A stretch of DNA of 64,000 nt from Macrostomum lignano (taxonomy: Eukaryota): assembly GCA_002269645.1 (NCBI GenBank), contig NIVC01000196.1:55391-119390 (forward strand). The letters are read 5' to 3'. Position 1 is the stretch's first letter. Every line of letters starts with the position of its first letter. Shown here piece by piece: positions 1 to 12,920 of this stretch. A program made the position numbers and the translations under genes. The notes beneath the pieces are model-generated. The model saw only the letters and a program-made list of their open reading frames with translations, ran no database searches and was not told where the DNA came from.

Positions 1-1078
1 CGCAACCGGGGCATGTGCCAGTGCCTGTAGGTCACAACTGGGGCATGTGCCAGTGCCTGTAGGTCGCAACCGGGGCATGTGCCAGTGCCTGTAGGTCACA
101 ACCGGGGCATGTGCCAGTGCCTGTAGGTCACAACCGGGGCATGTGCCAGTGCCTGTAGGTCACAACTGGGGCATGTGCCAGTGCCTGTAGGTCACAACCG
201 GGGCATGTGCCAGTGCCTGTAGGTCACAACCGGGGCATGTGCCAGTGCCTGTAGGTCACAACTGGGGCATGTGCCAGTGCCTGTAGGTCGCAACCGGGGC
301 ATGTGCCAGTGCCTGTAGGTCACAACTGGGGCATGTGCCAGTGCCTGTAGGTCGCAACCGGGGCATGTGCCAGTGCCTGTAGGTCACAACTGGGGCATGT
401 GCCAGTGCCTGTAGGTCACAACCGGGGCATGTGACAGTGTTTGTATGTCACAACTGGGGCATGTGACAGTGCCTGTAGGTCGCAACCGGGGCATGTGCCA
501 GTGCCTGTAGGTCACAACCGGGGCATGTGACAGTGTTTGTATGTCACAACTGGGGCATGTGACAGTGCCTGTAGGTCACAACTGGGGCATGTGACAGTGC
601 CTGTAGGTCGCAATTGGGCATGTGACAGTGCCTGCAGGTTACAACCGGGACATAAGACAGTGTTTGTATGTCACAACTGGGGCATGTGACAGTGCCTGTA
701 GGTCACAACTGGGGCATGTGACAGTGCCTGTAGGTCACAACTGGGGCATGTGACAGTGCCTGTAGGTCGCAACTGGGCATGTGACAGTGCCTGTAGGTCG
801 CAACTGGGCATGTGACAGTGCCTGTAGGTCACAACTGGGGCATGTGACAGTGCCTGTAGGTCGCAACTGGGCATGTGACAGTGCCTGTAGGTCACAACTG
901 AGGCATGTGACAGTGCCTGTGTAGGTCATAACTAGAGCATGTGACAGTGCCTGTAGGTCGCAACTGGGCATGTGACAGTGACTGTAGGTCACAACTGGGA
1001 CATGTGACAGTGCCTGTATAGGTCATAACTAGAGCATGTGACAGTGACTGTAGGTCACAACTGGGACATGTGACAGTG
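1..1078. repeat. 32-bp minisatellite (cacaactggggcatgtgacagtgcctgtaggt), about 33 copies, in intron 3 of the DUF389-like gene; continues past the window edge
   Basis: Direct tandem periodicity of 32 nt; variant columns c/t, c/a, g/a. Confidence 0.95.
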
Positions 1079-1090
1079 TCTTCACCGCAC

Positions 1091-1381
1091 CTGCATCCGG
1101 CCTTCATCGCCATCCGCCTCGTCGTCGTCATCGTCGCCGCTGCCGCCGCCGGGTTTACCGGCGCCGAGGCCCGCCTTGTCCCGGCCAGTGCGACTAACAG
1201 TGGGATTAAACAGATTAACGCTAGTATTGTGCCGACGCCCGATGCCCAGAGTGACAAGCCGGCTAAGAAGCATCTCGGCAGTTTTCGCCGGGCACAGGCA
1301 GACAATCTGTACGAACAGGCCTTTGCTCATCGGCATCAGAGTGTAGTTCAGCGAGTTGAACTCCAGCTCAACGCGGACAAT
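1091..1381 (-). CDS. DUF389-like protein, exon 3 (IVRVELEFNSL...LSRLVTLGIGRRHNTSVNLFNP...GRMQ)
   Basis: Acceptor cacag|ATT, donor CAG|gtgcgg, 291 nt, phase 0/0. L..LGIG...TSV motif recalled from the N-terminal region of animal DUF389 proteins; family call from memory, needs HMM confirmation. Confidence 0.6.
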
Positions 1382-1669
1382 CTGTGTTTGGAGAATGGCG
1401 CTCAGAGGATATAAAGTGAGAGCACAATCGATACATTTATCTCAGAATTTGGTGGCCACCACAGATACAATAGCTAGATGCTTCACACGAAATTAGTTAC
1501 AAAAAATTAGCAGCGCCTACTGTTTTATCAGTAGCTTATCTGCGCAGTGTCACAAAAACTTATTGTGGCAGCTAAACTTTCCTTTCCTTCCTCAGGATTT
1601 GCGGCCTCGGAGCATATGGGGCTGAGAATTAACAGCAAGAATTTAACTCGATGTACACTAGTGAACGCA

Positions 1670-2158
1670 AGACAGACGAAACTCAGCCTATGGGCAAAAC
1701 CTAATGCCGTAATGGAGTAAATTAGATCAGCCAATAAGAGAGCAGTAAGGAGAGAGGTTAGTCAGACAAACGAAACTCAGCCTAGGGGCAGGCCCAATCT
1801 AGCTCAGCCAATAAGAGAGCAGTAAGGAGAGGGGTTAGTCAGACAAACGAAACTCAGCCTAGGGGGCAGGCCCAATCTAGCTCAGCCAATAAGAGAGCAG
1901 TAAGGAGCGAGGTTAAAGGCAGACAAACGAAACTCAGCACAGGGGGCAGGCCCAATCTAGCTCAGCCAATAAGAGAGCAGTAAGGAGAGGGGTTAGTCAG
2001 ACAAACGAAACTCAGCCTAGGGGGCAGGCCCAATCTAGCTCAGCCAATAAGAGAGCAGTAAGGAGCGAGGTTAAAGGCAGACAAACGAAACTCAGCACAG
2101 GGGGCAGGCCCAATCTAGCTCAGCCAATAAGAGAGCAGTAAGGAGAGAGGTAGGCAGA
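1670..2158. repeat. 77-80-bp tandem repeat, about 5.5 copies, with alternating 78/80-bp variants (intron 2 of DUF389-like gene)
   Basis: cagccaataagagagcagtaagga recurs at 1728, 1805, 1883, 1963, 2041, 2121. Confidence 0.9.
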
Positions 2159-2207
2159 CACAAGCGGGCAAGAGGATAAATCTTTTGAGATAAGTTTCTA
2201 TTTATAC

Positions 2208-2846
2208 GAGAAGTGAGCCGTTGCTCAAATTCCGAGCCATTTTTAGCTCTGAGTACTTGCTGCCTTTATTCATACGGCTCATTATCTCGACTAAGATAGC
2301 ATGTTGACTCATCGCTGACTCAGCGGCCCCAGCAATACGCACCTCGGTAGGAGTTAGCGCACGGTTGTGTTTCCTCGACAGCCGTTCAACCCGTTGGATA
2401 CTTTTCTGATTAGCAGCTTGATAGTCAAAATCAGCTGAATCGGTTCCGCCCGCGCTGCTGCTGGTGCCCGAGGTGATCGAGGCGGCCGAGCCGGCCCGTT
2501 CGAGCATCTCAACGGCGTTGGCGCTGTTCACCGACTCGATGTTGAAACCGACGTGTCGATCGGAAACTGGCGATAAAGGCGGCTTCAGAGCCGATTTTGG
2601 CTGCTGTTGCTGCTGCTGATCCGACTGGTTCGATGGCTCGGTGGGCACCAGCGGCTTCTGCTGCGATTCGGATTCGCTGACGGCGACGCTCTCCGCTGAG
2701 CCGACAGTAGCGGCCACAGTAGCGGCGGCAGCGGCGGCCACAGTCTCGGTGGCCACTTTGGCCAAGGAGCCGCTTGTAGTAGAATTGCTGACCACGGTGG
2801 AACCCCCGCTGGCAACTCCGGCGTCCGAAGAAGACCCGGTGAGGTG
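2208..2846 (-). CDS. DUF389-like protein, exon 2 (low-complexity S/A/Q-rich)
   Basis: Acceptor gacag|CAC, open 639 nt (contains ORF 2202..2795), probable donor CTC|gtataa, phase 0/0 fits the flanking exons; the 3' boundary is less certain. Confidence 0.6.
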
Positions 2847-3107
2847 CTGTCGCGGGTTTTCAGTTGGCGATAAAAATACTGTATTACGCTATAGTTTAAG
2901 TCTAACAAGTCAGACGCGGCTTTAAACACGGACAGCCGCTTGTCAACCTCTATATTATACATTATTAGTTTAGTTATTGTGTTACTTATATTACGCTCGT
3001 ACCTCAAGCCGTTTAAAGCTTTTGTTTCTCTGGTTAAAAAGCCAGCATTCATTCTGCAGAACTTAATTTCTGGGCTTGGTGCTATTTTTAATGAAATTAT
3101 CAGCCTG

Positions 3108-6100
3108 ATTAGATTTATTGTCTATAGCCGAGTGCAGTTCTGTGGCAGTGGCTTTTATTGGATTTATTGTCTGTGGCCTAGTGCAGTTCTGTGTTAGTGG
3201 CTTGTATTGGATTTATTGTCTGTGGCCGAGTGCAGTTCTGTGTTAGTGGCTTGTATTGGATTTATTGTCTGTGGCCGAGTGCAGTTCTGTGGCAGTGGCT
3301 TGTATTGAATTTATTGTCTATGACCGAGTGCAGTTCTGTGGCAGTGGCTTTTATTGGATTTATTGTCTGTGGCCTAGTGCAGTTCTGTGGCAGTGGCTAG
3401 TATTGGATTTATTGTCTATGGCCGAGTGCAGTTCTGTGGCAGTGGCTAGTATTGGATTTATTGTCTGTGGCTGAGTGCAGTTCTGTGGCAGTGGCTAGTA
3501 TTGGATTTATTGTCTATGGCCGAGTGCAGTTCTGTGGCAGTGGCTAGTATTGGATTTATTGTCTGTGGCTGAGTGCAGTTCTGTGGCAGTGGCTAGTATT
3601 GGATTTATTGTCTATGGCCGAGTGCAGTTCTGTGGCAGTGGCTTTTATTGGATTTATTGTCTAAGGCCGAGTGCAGTTCTGTGGCAGTGGCTAGTATTGG
3701 ATTTATTGTCTGTGGCTGAGTGCAGTTCTGTGGCAGTGGCTAGTATTGGATTTATTGTCTATGGCCGAGTGCAGTTCTGTGGCAGTGGCTAGTATTGGAT
3801 TTATTGTCTATGGCCGAGTGCAGTTCTGTGGCAGTGGCTTTTATTGGATTTATTGTCTATGGCCTAGTGCAGTTCTGTGGCAGTGGCTAGTATTGGATTT
3901 ATTGTCTATGGCCGAGTGCAGTTCTGTGTTAGTGGCTTGTATTGGATTTATTGTCTGTGGCCGAGTGCAGTTCTGTGGCAGTGGCTTGTATTGGATTTAT
4001 TGTCTGTGGCTGAGTGCAGTTCTGTGGCAGTGGCTTGTATTGGATTTATTGTCTATGGCCTAGTGCAGTTCTGTGGCAGTGGCTTGTATTGGATTTATTG
4101 TCTATGGCCGAGTGCAGTTCTGTGGCAGTGGCTTTTATTGGATTTATTGTCTGTGGCCGAGTGCAGTTCTGTGGCAGTGGCTTTTATTGGATTTATTGTC
4201 TGTGGCCGAGTGCAGTTCTGTGTCAGTGGCTTTTATTGGATTTATTGTCAATGGCCTAGTGCAGTTCTGTGGCAGTGGCTAGTATTGGATTTATTGTCTA
4301 TGGCCGAGTGCAGTTCTGTGTTAGTGGCTTGTATTGGATTTATTGTCTGTGGCCGAGTGCAGTTCTGTGGCAGTGGCTTGTATTGGATTTATTGTCTGTG
4401 GCTGAGTGCAGTTCTGTGTTAGTGGCTAGTATTGGATTTATTGTCTATGGCCTAGTGCAGTTCTGTGGCAGTGGCTAGTATTGGATTTATTGTCTATGGC
4501 CGAGTGCAGTTCTGTGGCAGTGGCTAGTATTGGATTTATTGTCTATGGCCGAGTGCAGTTCTGTGGCAGTGGCTTTTATTGGATTTATTGTCTGTGGCCG
4601 AGTGCAGTTCTGTGGCAGTGGCTTTTATTGGATTTATTGTCTATGGCCTAGTGCAGTTCTGTGGCAGTGGCTTTTATTGGATTTATTGTCTATGGCCTAG
4701 TGCAGTTCTGTGGCAGTGGCTTTTATTGGATTTATTGTCTGTGGCCGAGTGCAGTTCTGTGGCAGTGGCTTTTATTGGATTTATTGTCTGTGGCCGAGTG
4801 CAGTTCTGTGGCAGTGGCTTGTATTGGATTTATTGTCTGTGGCCGAGTGCATTTCTGTGTCCGTGGCTTTTATTGGATTTATTGTCTGTGGCCGAGTGCA
4901 GTTCTGTGGCAGTGGCTTTTATTTGATTTATTGTCTGTGGCCGAGTGCAGTTCTGTGACAGTGGCTAGTATTGGATTTATTGTCTATGGCCGAGTGCAGT
5001 TCTGTGTTAGTGGCTTGTATTGGATTTATTGTCTGTGGCCGAGTGCAGTTCTGTGGCAGTGGCTTGTATTGGATTTATTGTCTGTGGCCGAGTGCAGTTC
5101 TGTGTCAGTGGCTTTTATTTGATTTATTGTCTGTGGCCGAGTGCAGTTCTGTGTCAGTGGCTTTTATTTGATTTATTGTCTGTGGCCGAGTGCAGTTCTG
5201 TGGCAGTGGCTTGTATTGGATTTATTGTCTGTGGCCGAGTGCATTTCTGTGTCCGTGGCTTTTATTGGATTTATTGTCTGTGGCCGAGTGCAGTTCTGTG
5301 GCAGTGGCTTTTATTTGATTTATTGTCTGTGGCCGAGTGCAGTTCTGTGACAGTGGCTAGTATTGGATTTATTGTCTATGGCCGAGTGCAGTTCTGTGTT
5401 AGTGGCTAGTATTGGATTTATTGTCTATGGCCGAGTGCAGTTCTGTGGCAGTGGCTAGTATTGGATTTATTGTCTATGGCCGAGTGCAGTTCTGTGGCAG
5501 TGGCTTTTATTGGATTTATTGTCTATGGCCTAGTGCAGTTCTGTGGCAGTGGCTAGTATTGGATTTATTGTCTATGGCCGAGTGCAGTTCTGTGTTAGTG
5601 GCTTGTATTGGATTTATTGTCTGTGGCCGAGTGCAGTTCTGTGGCAGTGGCTTGTATTGGATTTATTGTCTGTGGCTGAGTGCAGTTCTGTGGCAGTGGC
5701 TTGTATTGGATTTATTGTCTATGGCCTAGTGCAGTTCTGTGGCAGTGGCTTGTATTGGATTTATTGTCTATGGCCGAGTGCAGTTCTGTGGCAGTGGCTT
5801 TTATTGGATTTATTGTCTGTGGCCGAGTGCAGTTCTGTGTCAGTGGCTTTTATTGGATTTATTGTCTGTGGCCGAGTGCAGTTCTGTGTCAGTGGCTTTT
5901 ATTGGATTTATTGTCTGGCCTAGTGCAGTTCTGTGGCAGTGGCTAGTATTGGATTTATTGTCTATGGCCGAGTGCAGTTCTGTGTTAGTGGCTAGTATTG
6001 GATTTATTGTCTGTGGCCGAGTGCAGTTCTGTGTTAGTGGCTTGTATTGGATTTATTGTCTATGGCCGAGTGCAGTTCTGTGGCAGTGGCTTGTATTGGA

Positions 6101-7937
6101 TTTATTGTCTGTGGCTGAGTGCAGTTCTGTGTTTGTGGCTTGTATTGGATTTATTGTCTATGGCCGAGTGCAGTTCTGTGGCAGTGGCTTGTATTGGATT
6201 TATTGTCTATGGCCGAGTGCAGTTCTGTGGCAGTGGCTTGTATTGGATTTATTGTCTGTGGCCGAGTGCAGTTCTGTGGCAGTGGCTTTTATTGGATTTA
6301 TTGTCTGTGGCCGAGTGCAGTCTGTGGCAGTGGCTTGTATTGGATTTATTGTCTGTGGCCGAGTGCAGTTCTGTGACAGTGGCTTTTATTTGATTTATTG
6401 TCTGTGGCCGAGTGCAGTTCTGTGACAGTGGCTTTTATTTGATTTATTGTCTGTGGCCGAGTGCAGTTCTGTGACAGTGGCTTTTATTTGATTTATTGTC
6501 TGTGGCCGAGTGCAGTTCTGTGGCAGTGGCTTTTATTGATTTATTGTCTGTGGCCGAGTGCAGTTCTGTGGCAGTGGCTTGTATTGGATTTATTGTCTGT
6601 GGCCGAGTGCAGTTCTGTGACAGTGGCTTTTATTTGATTTATTGTCTGTGGCCGAGTGCAGTTCTGTGACAGTGGCTTGTATTGGATTTATTGTCTGTGG
6701 CCGAGTGCAGTTCTGTGGCAGTGGCTTGTATTGGATTTATTGTCTGTGGCCGAGTGCAGTTCTGTGGCAGTGGCTTTTATTGGATTTATTGTCTGTGGCC
6801 GAGTGCAGTTCTGTGGCAGTGGCTTTTATTGGATTTATTGTCTGTGGCCGAGTGCAGTCTGTGGCAGTGGCTTGTATTGGATTTATTGTCTGTGGCCGAG
6901 TGCAGTTCTGTGACAGTGGCTTTTATTGATTTATTGTCTGTGGCCGAGTGCAGTTCTGTGACAGTGGCTTTTATTTGATTTATTGTCTATGGCCGAGTGC
7001 AGTTCTGTGTTAGTGGCTTTTATTGGATTTATTGTCTGTGGCCGAGTGCAGTTCTGTGACAGTGGCTTTTATTGATTTATTGTCTGTGGCCGAGTGCAGT
7101 TCTGTGACAGTGGCTTTTATTTGATTTATTGTCTGTGGCCGAGTGCAGTTCTGTGACAGTGGCTTTTATTTGATTTATTGTCTGTGGCCGAGTGCAGTCT
7201 GTGGCAGTGGCTTTTATTGGATTTATTGTCTGTGGCCGAGTGCAGTTCTGTGACAGTGGCTTTTATTTGATTTATTGTCTGTGGCCGAGTGCAGTTCTGT
7301 GACAGTGGCTTTTATTTGATTTATTGTCTGTGGCCGAGTGCAGTTCTGTGACAGTGGCTTTTATTTGATTTATTGTCTGTGGCCGAGTGCAGGTCTGTGG
7401 CAGTGGCTTTTATTGGATTTATTGTCTGTGGCCGAGTGCAGTTCTGTGACAGTGGCTTTTATTTGATTTATTGTCTGTGGCCGAGTGCAGTTCTGTGACA
7501 GTGGCTTTTATTTGATTTATTGTCTGTGGCCGAGTGCAGTTCTGTGACAGTGGCTAGTATTGGATTTATTGTCTGTGGCCGAGTGCATTTCTGTGGCAGT
7601 GGCTTGTATTGGATTTATTGTCTGTGGCCGAGTGCAGTTCTGTGACAGTGGCTTGTATTGGATTTATTGTCTGTGGCCGAGTGCAGTTCTGTGACAGTGG
7701 CTTGTATTGGATTTATTGTCTGTGGCCTAGTGCAGTTCTGTGGCAGTGGCTTGTATTGGATTTATTGTCTGTGGCCTAGTGCAGTTCTGTGGCAGTGGCT
7801 AGTATTGGATTTATTGTCTGTGGCCGAGTGCAGTTCTGTGGCAGTGGCTAGTATTGGATTTATTGTCTGTGGCCTAGTGCAGTTCTGTGGCAGTGGCTAG
7901 TATTGGATTTATTGTCTGTGGCCGAGTGCAGTTCTCT
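3108..7937. repeat. 49-bp satellite (ggatttattgtctgtggccgagtgcagttctgtggcagtggcttgtatt), about 98 copies, in intron 1 of DUF389-like gene
   Basis: Direct 49-nt periodicity over 4.8 kb. Confidence 0.97.
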
Positions 7938-8723
7938 GACAGTACCTGCTGCTCCCGCGAAGGGGGAGGATTCTGCACTTAATCGGTTTAATTATCAACT
8001 TGAATGACAAAAGCAGAAGTAAATCAAGTGAAAGTTGACTGGTGGTATGCAGCAAAGGATACCGGGCATACTGATAAAGAATGCCAATTTCGCAGCTTTT
8101 TTTTACCATAGACAGCGGTTCTGCTTGCTGACCGTCGGCACAAATTCAATGTACTGTAAGAAGCAGTTTTAGTTGGATTAAAGCTACTTGGGTGGAAACT
8201 TTAACATGTTGCTGGGTGTAGTTGTAGGTAAAAGGAACACCCTTTTAAGGAATTAAGGAAAGTAAAAAAATTACACGCACTAGGGATAGAGACGCAGGAA
8301 AATATGATTCTATTCGAATATTCGCCATTCACCATAAAAACTGTTGCATTTCCCGCCAGCCCAGTAGAAACAAATGATACAATAACATACAATAGAGAAA
8401 GGACAATAAGAAGCTAGTTAACATTTAACAATTAAAAGTGCATTCAGCTTGTGGCTTACGCGATTCCGTCTGTAACGAAGACGCTGTAAAAACACGTACG
8501 ATAACAGTAAGTTGCTAGTTCGATTTTAGTAAACTTTAGAGCCGTTATAAACTGTCTAATTTCATTAAATAAATGGTTAACTGTGCACCCTGTGTGAGCG
8601 TGTGCATGAGTGCGTGTCTGTGTACAGTAATGACGCGCTTGTATTGTGCTCAGGAGTCTGCCTTCAGCGTTGTTTCTTTATGATTTATGATCATTATGAC
8701 TGTTTGATTAGCTGTCAACTCAC

Positions 8724-8912
8724 CGCATTCTTCACAGCGTCGCTGCTGTTTACTTCGCCATCAAATTCATTGTTATTCTCGCCGGCAGATGTTGCCGCAT
8801 TGTTGGCAGCTGCGCTATTAACACCGTCATCATCATCGTCAAGCAGGTGAGTCGGATCCAAGTCGCTGTCTAACTGCTTCGGCAGAGTCACAACAAACAT
8901 GCAATTCGGCAT
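8724..8912 (-). CDS. DUF389-like protein, exon 1 (MPNCMFVVTLPKQLDSD...VKNA)
   Basis: ATG at 8912, strong donor GCG|gtgagt, 189 nt phase 0; hydrophobic N-terminal beta-strand-like start; acceptor ctttcag 35 nt upstream of ATG. Confidence 0.55.
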
Positions 8913-9153
8913 TGGAAACGGCTCGGATGCCGCTTGACAACCAAGCGCTGAAAGTTGCGCAATCAATGAGGACAAGTTCAGATGATTGATTTTACCAAAT
9001 GGGATGCTAGGGGACTTTGCACTCTACTTCTCATATGAGATTTCATTCTATTCTACATTTACTTTTACTGAATCTCAACCCAAATTGTATACCTTTGCAC
9101 AAGGCACATCTCATGGAGATCTATGGACTCTAAGGGCCGTGTATGATGTAGAT

Positions 9154-9301
9154 CAGGGGTAGAACATGCCCCTCAAAGCCTCTCTATCCGGCCCTCGGGT
9201 GCTTTGAACTTCCCTCTACTTTTCCCTCTCCTATCTGGCCCGCAGCCATGAGCTGGATTCTTTATCTGGCCTTTGAGGTAAAAATAGTTTGCGGACCCCT
9301 T
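9154..9301. mobile_element. Short hAT (Charlie/Buster-type) MITE copy
   Basis: Ends caggggt... and ...tttgcggacccct; 8-bp flanks atgtagat/atttagat (7/8 match); internal sequence shared with 36920-36970 and 52861-52890. Confidence 0.65.
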
Positions 9302-10193
9302 ATTTAGATTAGAGCTGTTAATGGGCCGCTTATTGAGGGCCGATTCCTGACCTTATTTTGTCACAATGGTAGACAATCTACATTGTCTATCTCCAAAACC
9401 ATATACACAATCTACCATTACGAAGGCGCCTAAGGTGGTGATAAATAAAAAGTCATAAGACAAACTAGCTGTATTCACAAACTTTAAAACGAGACTGACC
9501 TTTCATGAGAGGCTTTTTTACTGCAATAATTTCCAACTTGGCTTAACAGTCAATTAGAATAAAACAATGTTTAATGTTTGGAAATGAAACATTCTACTTA
9601 CTTTCATCGTTATTTTAATCGATATATTGAAATAAAATCAAATATCACAGGAGTATAGAACAGGGTGTATTATAGATACAAATAAGTGATATTATATAAA
9701 TAAATAATGAGACAATTCTCTCACCGATTAAACACAATAGTGCAGGTCGGGCATGCGACTATTCGAAGCACTGAATACATAATAAACAAACAGGAGATCA
9801 AACAAACAGATAAAAAACTGTAAAAAGAACCCACTAAGAATACAGCGTGGGACATGGAAGCAATCAAATGGAAGAACGAAATTCTCTTTTAAAAAGACGG
9901 GGCAAGTTTTTCTAAATAAATATTGTATAAAAATCCCAGATAGATATTGAACTTATAATAGCTTATTCCAAGTAAATTGAGCCTAGCAGCAAGCATGTTT
10001 ATTGCTGTTCATTGTCTATGGCCAAAATGGGTTTGCGGAGAACAGACTACAGACTCCCTTTTCAGCCATAGACAATGGAGATGATACACGGCTTTTGAGG
10101 GTGAGAGGTTTTTTCATAGACACGCCCTGAAGCAAATTCAGGGGAAAATATTTTTTCATCTCTCCTAGTGGCTTGTGGAGGAATGAATGAGAG

Positions 10194-10380
10194 CAGGGGC
10201 GGATCTAAGGGGAGGGGGCGGCCCACTTGTAGCTGGCGATGATGGCGCCCCTTTTTCTTTGGGCTAAAAAAGGTCCTTACCGCCCTCAGTTTGCTCAGTA
10301 TGGCGCCCCTCTCGTCTATATTATGGCGCTCCTTTCGTGTATACTAGGGCGTCCCACTCATGGTTAAAATCCGCCTCCCC
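10194..10380. mobile_element. Degenerate MITE with caggggcggatcta / aatccgcctcc ends
   Basis: Partial terminal inverted repeat, three internal ggcgccc/ggcgctc motifs; no TSD found. Confidence 0.4.
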
Positions 10381-10844
10381 TTAATTTTTATTTATATTTC
10401 TATATTGGCCCCTGGATGAGAGGTTTCTACCATAGACAGTTGTTATGGGGTAGGAATTGAAGGTGTGCAGGAAATGAGCAAGCGTATCGAATAGATGCGG
10501 CAATGAAAAGCAAGTCTTCAATTGGCTCAATTAGCTTAGAAAATTCTAAATAATCAGAAGTTATTGACAATAAAAACAAAGAGATAAAAAACTTCTCAAT
10601 AAAAAAATTAAGAATAATAATAAAACTGAAATTCTTGGTTAACACGCTAAGCTAGCCAATTAGTTGTCAAATATTGGAAAAGTAAACAACAAAAAGCAAG
10701 GGGATAGGAGTTTTGGCATCCCAGCTTGATATTAAAGCTATGCCCAACTTCACAGATTTTATAGTTAGTTCACATAAATATTATCAAACCCAAGCTAGCC
10801 AGCAGTTATACTACTCATCATAGTAAAAACTTAGTAGTATAAAT

Positions 10845-11081
10845 CTAAACGCGTTTCCGGTCGGACAGAGCTCGCACAATGCTGCCGATTTGGCCGCGGG
10901 CCAGCACCTTCTCATGCCACACTAGCAGGAGGGCATGATTCTCCTTCACTAATTCGAAACACCTGTACACGTACTTCATCAAGGTGTCCACGTGAGCCTC
11001 GTCGAGTGCCTGTACTACCCTATCAATGTCCGACTGTTTGGTGTGAATAAGCACTCGCAGCACCTGATTGGCTGCCTGATC
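10845..11081 (-). CDS. ARPC5: Actin-related protein 2/3 complex subunit 5 (p16-Arc), exon 2
   Basis: Acceptor ccgcag|GAT; DTLMKYVYRCFE...LLVWHEKV...GSIVRALSDRKRV* matches the ARPC5 C-terminus. Confidence 0.93.
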   Translation of the reverse strand, partial: DQAANQVLRVLIHTKQSDIDRVVQALDEAHVDTLMKYVYRCFELVKENHALLLVWHEKVLARGQIGSIVRALSDRKRV

Positions 11082-11204
11082 CTGCGGTGGTTTAGCACAG
11101 CATTGAAGCACATTAGACTATTTATAAAATTGTTTAAGCTGACATAATCCATTGAAAGGGATTTAAAAGAAGTATTCACGGAAACGGAGAAGTATTCACC
11201 CGAT

Positions 11205-12180
11205 TCAGAAAGGATCATTCACGGATTTCAGAGGAGCATTCGCGGGAAATTGGAGAGAAGCATTCATATGGATTGAGAGAGGAAAATTCACGGGAATCGG
11301 GAGAGAAGCATTCACAGAATTGGGAGAGGAGCATTCATGGAATTGGGAGAGGAGCATTCACAGAATTGGGAGAGGAGCATTTACTAGAATTGGCAGACAA
11401 TTCACTAGATTAGGACTAAGCATGCACTGAATTAGGACAGGGCATCATTCACTGGATGAGTAGATGAGGATTCACTGGATTAGGACAGGGGATCATTCAC
11501 CGGATGAGTAGATGAGGATTCACTGGATTAGGACAGGGGATCATTCACCGGATGAGTAGATGAGGATTCACTGGATGAGTAGATGAGGATTCACTGGATT
11601 AGGACAGGGGATCATTCACCGGATGGGTAGATGAGGATTAACTGGATTAGGACAGGGGATCATTCACCGGATGAGTAGATGAGGATTCACTGGATGAGTA
11701 GATGAGGATTCACTGGATTAGGACAGGGGATCATTCACCGGATGAGTAGATGAGGATTCACTGGATTAGGACAGGGGATCATTCACCGGATGAGTAGATG
11801 AGCATTCACTTGATTAGGACAGGGGATCATTCACCGGATGAGTAGATGAGCATTCACTAGATTAGGACAGGGGATCATTCACCGGATGAGTAGATGAGCA
11901 TTCACTTGATTAGGACAGGGGATCATTCACCGGATGAGTAGATGAGCATTCACTTGATTAGGACAGGGGATCATTCACCGGATGAGTAGATGAGCATTCA
12001 CTTGATTAGGACAGGGGATCATTCACCGGATGAGTAGATGAGCATTCACTTGATTAGAACAGGGGATCATTCACCGGATGAGTAGATGAGCATTCACTTG
12101 ATTAGAACAGGGGATCATTCACCGGATGAGTAGATAAGCATTCACTGGATTAGGACAGGGGATCATTCACCGGATGAGTT
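11205..12180. repeat. Intronic minisatellite: degenerate ~22-bp units grading into a 48-bp dimer (25+23 bp)
   Basis: attcactggattaggacaggggatc + attcaccggatgagtagatgagg repeated; period 48 (11470, 11518). Confidence 0.93.
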
Positions 12181-12242
12181 CATGAGTATTCACGAGATAG
12201 GAATAGAGACGAAATCAGTGCTGCAGAAGCATTGCAGCTGAC

Positions 12243-12482
12243 CTTGACAGCCGAACTCTTGACATTGACAGGCGGCTTAGCCAGCAGGGCGGCCAGAGCC
12301 TCGGAGATTTTGTTGTCGGCCAACAGTTTGCTCAACTCGGCGTCGCTCACAGCCAAATAGCCGTCGCCACTGGCGTCCGGGCCGGCCGAGTCTCCGTCCA
12401 ACAGAGCGTCCTCGAAGTTGTCTTCGTTGTATTGGTCAACATCCACGGTGCGGAACTTGGCGTTTGTGGTTCGCTTGGACAT
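12243..12482 (-). CDS. ARPC5: ARPC5 exon 1
   Basis: MSKRTTNAKFRTVDVDQYNEDNF...ALAALLAKPPV; donor AAG|gtcagc; 240 nt; total protein 158 aa. Confidence 0.93.
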
Positions 12483-12920
12483 TGTTGTATTGATTTGTTT
12501 CCTTCCAGTGATATAATATTGCGCAGCCCAAACAACATGCAATGAAGATATGATTTTATGAATTTAATTCGGCCCTTTCTATTGAAGCAGATGACCTCAT
12601 TGTCTATCTGATGTATTCTCTGACAGTCTGTTGATCCAAAGCAGTTCCTCATAAGCCCTTGGCAACTAAAATGTACTAAAAACGACAGAAAAAAAGCACA
12701 AAAAAGGCACGGTAAACATAGTTTTATTATTGAGCACAATTGGCAATACTGCCAAAAAATTGCAATAAATGCAAGAAAACTAAGGAAAACAAAACAAAAA
12801 GCTGACCCAACAGATGCTAAATGCTAAAGTGGAACACTAAAAACGAAGTGTACTAAGAAGTACTAAGAATAGCAAAAAACAGAAAAAATCTTATAACTAT
12901 AACAATGTAACTTCTGCTGA

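Noticed and set aside
1528-1734. 68-aa ORF as an extra DUF389 exon
   Set aside because: Overlaps the 78-bp repeat start, has no convincing splice pair, and is not needed for phase
3191-7900. Many overlapping Cys/Trp/Val-rich ORFs
   Set aside because: Three-frame translations of the 49-bp satellite, antisense to the host intron
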